This document shows positions 59,683 through 62,000 of a DNA stretch of 62,000 nucleotides, piece by piece; within the stretch, counting starts at the first letter, position 1, and every line of letters starts with the position of its first letter. The stretch is taken from the NCBI RefSeq assembly GCF_000737315.1, contig NZ_JMCB01000005.1, positions 82,001 through 144,000 on the forward strand. The letters run 5' to 3'. This stretch comes from Hyalangium minutum. Its GTDB lineage: Bacteria; Myxococcota; Myxococcia; Myxococcales; Myxococcaceae. The notes under the pieces are model-generated. The model had not been told where the DNA came from and did no database searches. It was given only the letters and a program-made list of their open reading frames with translations. A program made the translations under genes and the position numbers.

Positions 59683-60752
59683 CAGCATCCCTCCACGGTC
59701 TTGCAACCCATGTAGTACGCCCCCCGATTCTTGCCTGTCTTCTCGTAGGCGTCCCGCGAGCCGTCCTTCCAGGGCGTGGCGAAGTAGGGCGAGGCTCGGT
59801 TCTCCTCCTGGATGCGCTGGGTGGGAACCGCCATCCGCGTCTTCTGCAGAGAGACCCGAGCCGTCTTGCGCTCCTGGGGAGGCAGGTGGGACGCCAGCAA
59901 CTGCTGGTCGTTGGCTACTTGGGAGAAGAGCTTGTCTTCATCCAGGAAGCGTTGGGCTTCAGGCAGCACGGTATAGACGAGGCTCACACGCTCCTGCAGC
60001 GCACCTTCGTTGTCGTCGGGGCGCACCGCGAGAGTGTCTCCGGGATTGGAGGCCTTCAGATCCCCATTGAGAGCCCAGGAGTCCGTCACCAGGGCAAAGT
60101 GCTGCTTCTCCAGGTAGTACGCCGTCGTGCCCGTGCCTGCCTTTGCGTTGCCGTGGTAGTCCGAGCCGTCCGCCTTCCAGTTCTTCTTCGCCAGGTCCAC
60201 GTGAGAGAACTGCTGCAGGAAGCTCTGGGGCATCAGGTAGTTCTCCACGACTTCCTTGCCATGGCACTCATACAGCCCTCCGGCCTGACCAAAGGCATCT
60301 TGGTATTTGCGGAAGGCCGGAGTTTGGAGCAAGCCCACTTCCGTCCGGACAGGATCACACGTCACCTGCTCGGCCTCGGGATTGAGCCAGCAGACGTGGC
60401 CGCTCAACGCTCGGCCCGCGTGGTGGTCCTGGGCGTCGCAGTCCTGCCCGTGATTGTAGCTGTCACCACTGGACTCGTGATCGCAGAACATCAGGCGGGC
60501 CTGGTGTTGGACCACTGCCTGGATGCGCTTCGACGCGTCGCTGCCGCCGGAGCCCTTTCTCCCGCTGGGCTCCTCATAGTTCTGCCCTATGAGATCCCAG
60601 GGCGTTGAGAGCACCGCTTCCTGGAGATCTCCCGCGTACCGCAGGAGATCGTCCAGAAAGAGGGCGTACAGAAACGCCGGGACGATGATGATCATGCTGA
60701 TGGCGGCCTCTACCGAAGCCGCGCCGCGTTGCCTCTGCTGGAAGTGCCACAT
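59682..60752 (-). CDS. TadE-like minor pilin with large Cys-containing extracellular domain
   Basis: RQRG/AASVEAAISMIIIVP class III signal; C-terminal YMGCKTVEGC. Confidence 0.75.
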   Translation of the reverse strand: MWHFQQRQRGAASVEAAISMIIIVPAFLYALFLDDLLRYAGDLQEAVLSTPWDLIGQNYEEPSGRKGSGGSDASKRIQAVVQHQARLMFCDHESSGDSYNHGQDCDAQDHHAGRALSGHVCWLNPEAEQVTCDPVRTEVGLLQTPAFRKYQDAFGQAGGLYECHGKEVVENYLMPQSFLQQFSHVDLAKKNWKADGSDYHGNAKAGTGTTAYYLEKQHFALVTDSWALNGDLKASNPGDTLAVRPDDNEGALQERVSLVYTVLPEAQRFLDEDKLFSQVANDQQLLASHLPPQERKTARVSLQKTRMAVPTQRIQEENRASPYFATPWKDGSRDAYEKTGKNRGAYYMGCKTVEGC

Positions 60753-60775
60753 CGGAGCGTGTCAGGGGCCGCCCG

Positions 60776-62000
60776 TTACATGGGCAGCCGAGGAGTCTCG
60801 GCAAGTTGTGCCGCATCCGGGTTGCCCGCCTCGTCGAGGACCTTGGAAGCCTCCGAGGCGGTGAAGGGGTGAAGCTTGGCGCGCCAGAAGGGATTGAACA
60901 GGTTGGGGGGCTCCTGCCAATCCCCCAGCCGGTGGTAGTAGACGAGCGCCTTGGACAGGCCGGCGCCTTCTCCCGCAGCGAGCTCGAGGGTCCCTTCGCC
61001 CGTCGTGCCGAAGCGAAGCTTCACACTCCCGGCCTCGTTCAGCTCCCACGGAGCCTGACGCACGTCTCCAGCGCGAAGCTGCTGCGTCACGTAGCTGTAC
61101 ACAGGCGGCTGTCCGAAGTCCCTCTCCGGGGACGGGTCCGCGCGGAACTTCATGAAGCAGTGCCCCTTGTTCGCGCAGCTCATCAGCTCCGAGGTGTAGT
61201 TCCCCTGGAACTGGTCGTGTGTTCCCGAGTGGCTCTTGCGCGGCACGTGCTCACCCCCCGACACATCCGAGGAGATCCTCGCTTCGTACGAGGAGCGCCC
61301 GATGCCGTGCTTCCACTGGCTGAAGAGGATGCCGTGCTCGTCCGCGGAGATCACCTGTCCGGTGTTCTGCAGAGAGGGGCCTTCATGAAGGGCTGCCTTG
61401 CCGCGGTTCTGCACCGTCTTTGCGGTGCCCAGATGGGACTGAGGCTGGGAGAAGCCCTCTCCCTGAATGTCACGCGTGAGCAACCGGAGAAACTCCGGGT
61501 GGAGGTACCTGGGCAGCGAGGGCTTGCCGCGATTGGCGATCCAGTTCGTGCGCGTCGCGTTGCTCAGGATGGTCATCTCTTTGGCCCGGTCCGCCAGGGC
61601 CGTGTCCCCTGGCCGGCCGGAGACCCGGCAGGGCATGCCATCGATGGCGCAGGCAAACTCGGCGGAGTTGAGCTTTCCCACGCCAGGGGACAAGGCCGAG
61701 GCCTTGGGCGCGTTGATCTGCTGGAGCTTGGCCAGCCCATGCGCGGTGCCGCCGGACAACACCTGCGAAGTCTCCGCAAAGACCGATCGCTGCGAGGCAT
61801 GGAGGCTGTCCATCAGCCGGTCCAAGGACTTCACGGTCTTGTTGAACTTGTTCTCCAGCCGCTGGATCCGGGATCTCTGCTGGGACGAGGCCTGGCGGAA
61901 CTTCCGGGCGATCCGGACAGCCTGCACGATGTGAGGGCAGTGCTTGCACTTGTTGCCAGACAGCGCCGCCTCCATGGCGGCAATCTGGTAGAAGTTGCTC
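60776..62000 (-). CDS. TadG-like pilus tip/assembly protein (5' end beyond the window)
   Basis: Frame stays open to the window edge (SNFYQIAAMEAA...); C-terminal ALVYYHRLGDWQEPPNLFNPFWRAKL resembles TadG-like tails; sits upstream of TadE-like genes. Confidence 0.65.
   Translation of the reverse strand, partial: SNFYQIAAMEAALSGNKCKHCPHIVQAVRIARKFRQASSQQRSRIQRLENKFNKTVKSLDRLMDSLHASQRSVFAETSQVLSGGTAHGLAKLQQINAPKASALSPGVGKLNSAEFACAIDGMPCRVSGRPGDTALADRAKEMTILSNATRTNWIANRGKPSLPRYLHPEFLRLLTRDIQGEGFSQPQSHLGTAKTVQNRGKAALHEGPSLQNTGQVISADEHGILFSQWKHGIGRSSYEARISSDVSGGEHVPRKSHSGTHDQFQGNYTSELMSCANKGHCFMKFRADPSPERDFGQPPVYSYVTQQLRAGDVRQAPWELNEAGSVKLRFGTTGEGTLELAAGEGAGLSKALVYYHRLGDWQEPPNLFNPFWRAKLHPFTASEASKVLDEAGNPDAAQLAETPRLPM

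Overview
High-GC window that reads as myxobacterial chromosome (inference from MYXO-CTERM-like tails, an AgmX/PglI-type domain and many lipoproteins). From left to right: (1) a maltodextrin/glycogen locus (malG-malF-malE-malK, GH13 lipoprotein amylase, MYXO-CTERM pullulanase); (2) a FliB-like lysine methylase, a DUF4175-like coiled-coil protein coupled to a TPR/peptidase-MA protein, MarR and a hybrid kinase; (3) a complete sigma54-type unit (promoter, 82-aa protein, comEA, terminator); (4) a cobalamin riboswitch heading btuB, a Cys-rich/propeller lipoprotein, btuF and btuC, with no ATPase gene; (5) a seven-gene chemosensory cluster ending in a REC-REC protein with an unrecognised tail; (6) an accessory stretch of secreted proteins (CHAP-like lipoprotein, tandem ComEA-fold lipoprotein, split DUF4331 pair plus TPR, beta-propeller, beta-helix, choice-of-anchor A); (7) aqpZ and cstA-ybdD; (8) a Tad-like minor pilin/tip cluster running off the right edge that includes a small 4x CX3C protein. 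No rRNA, tRNA, CRISPR array, IS or prophage was seen. All family calls come from motif recognition by eye; no database searches were run.
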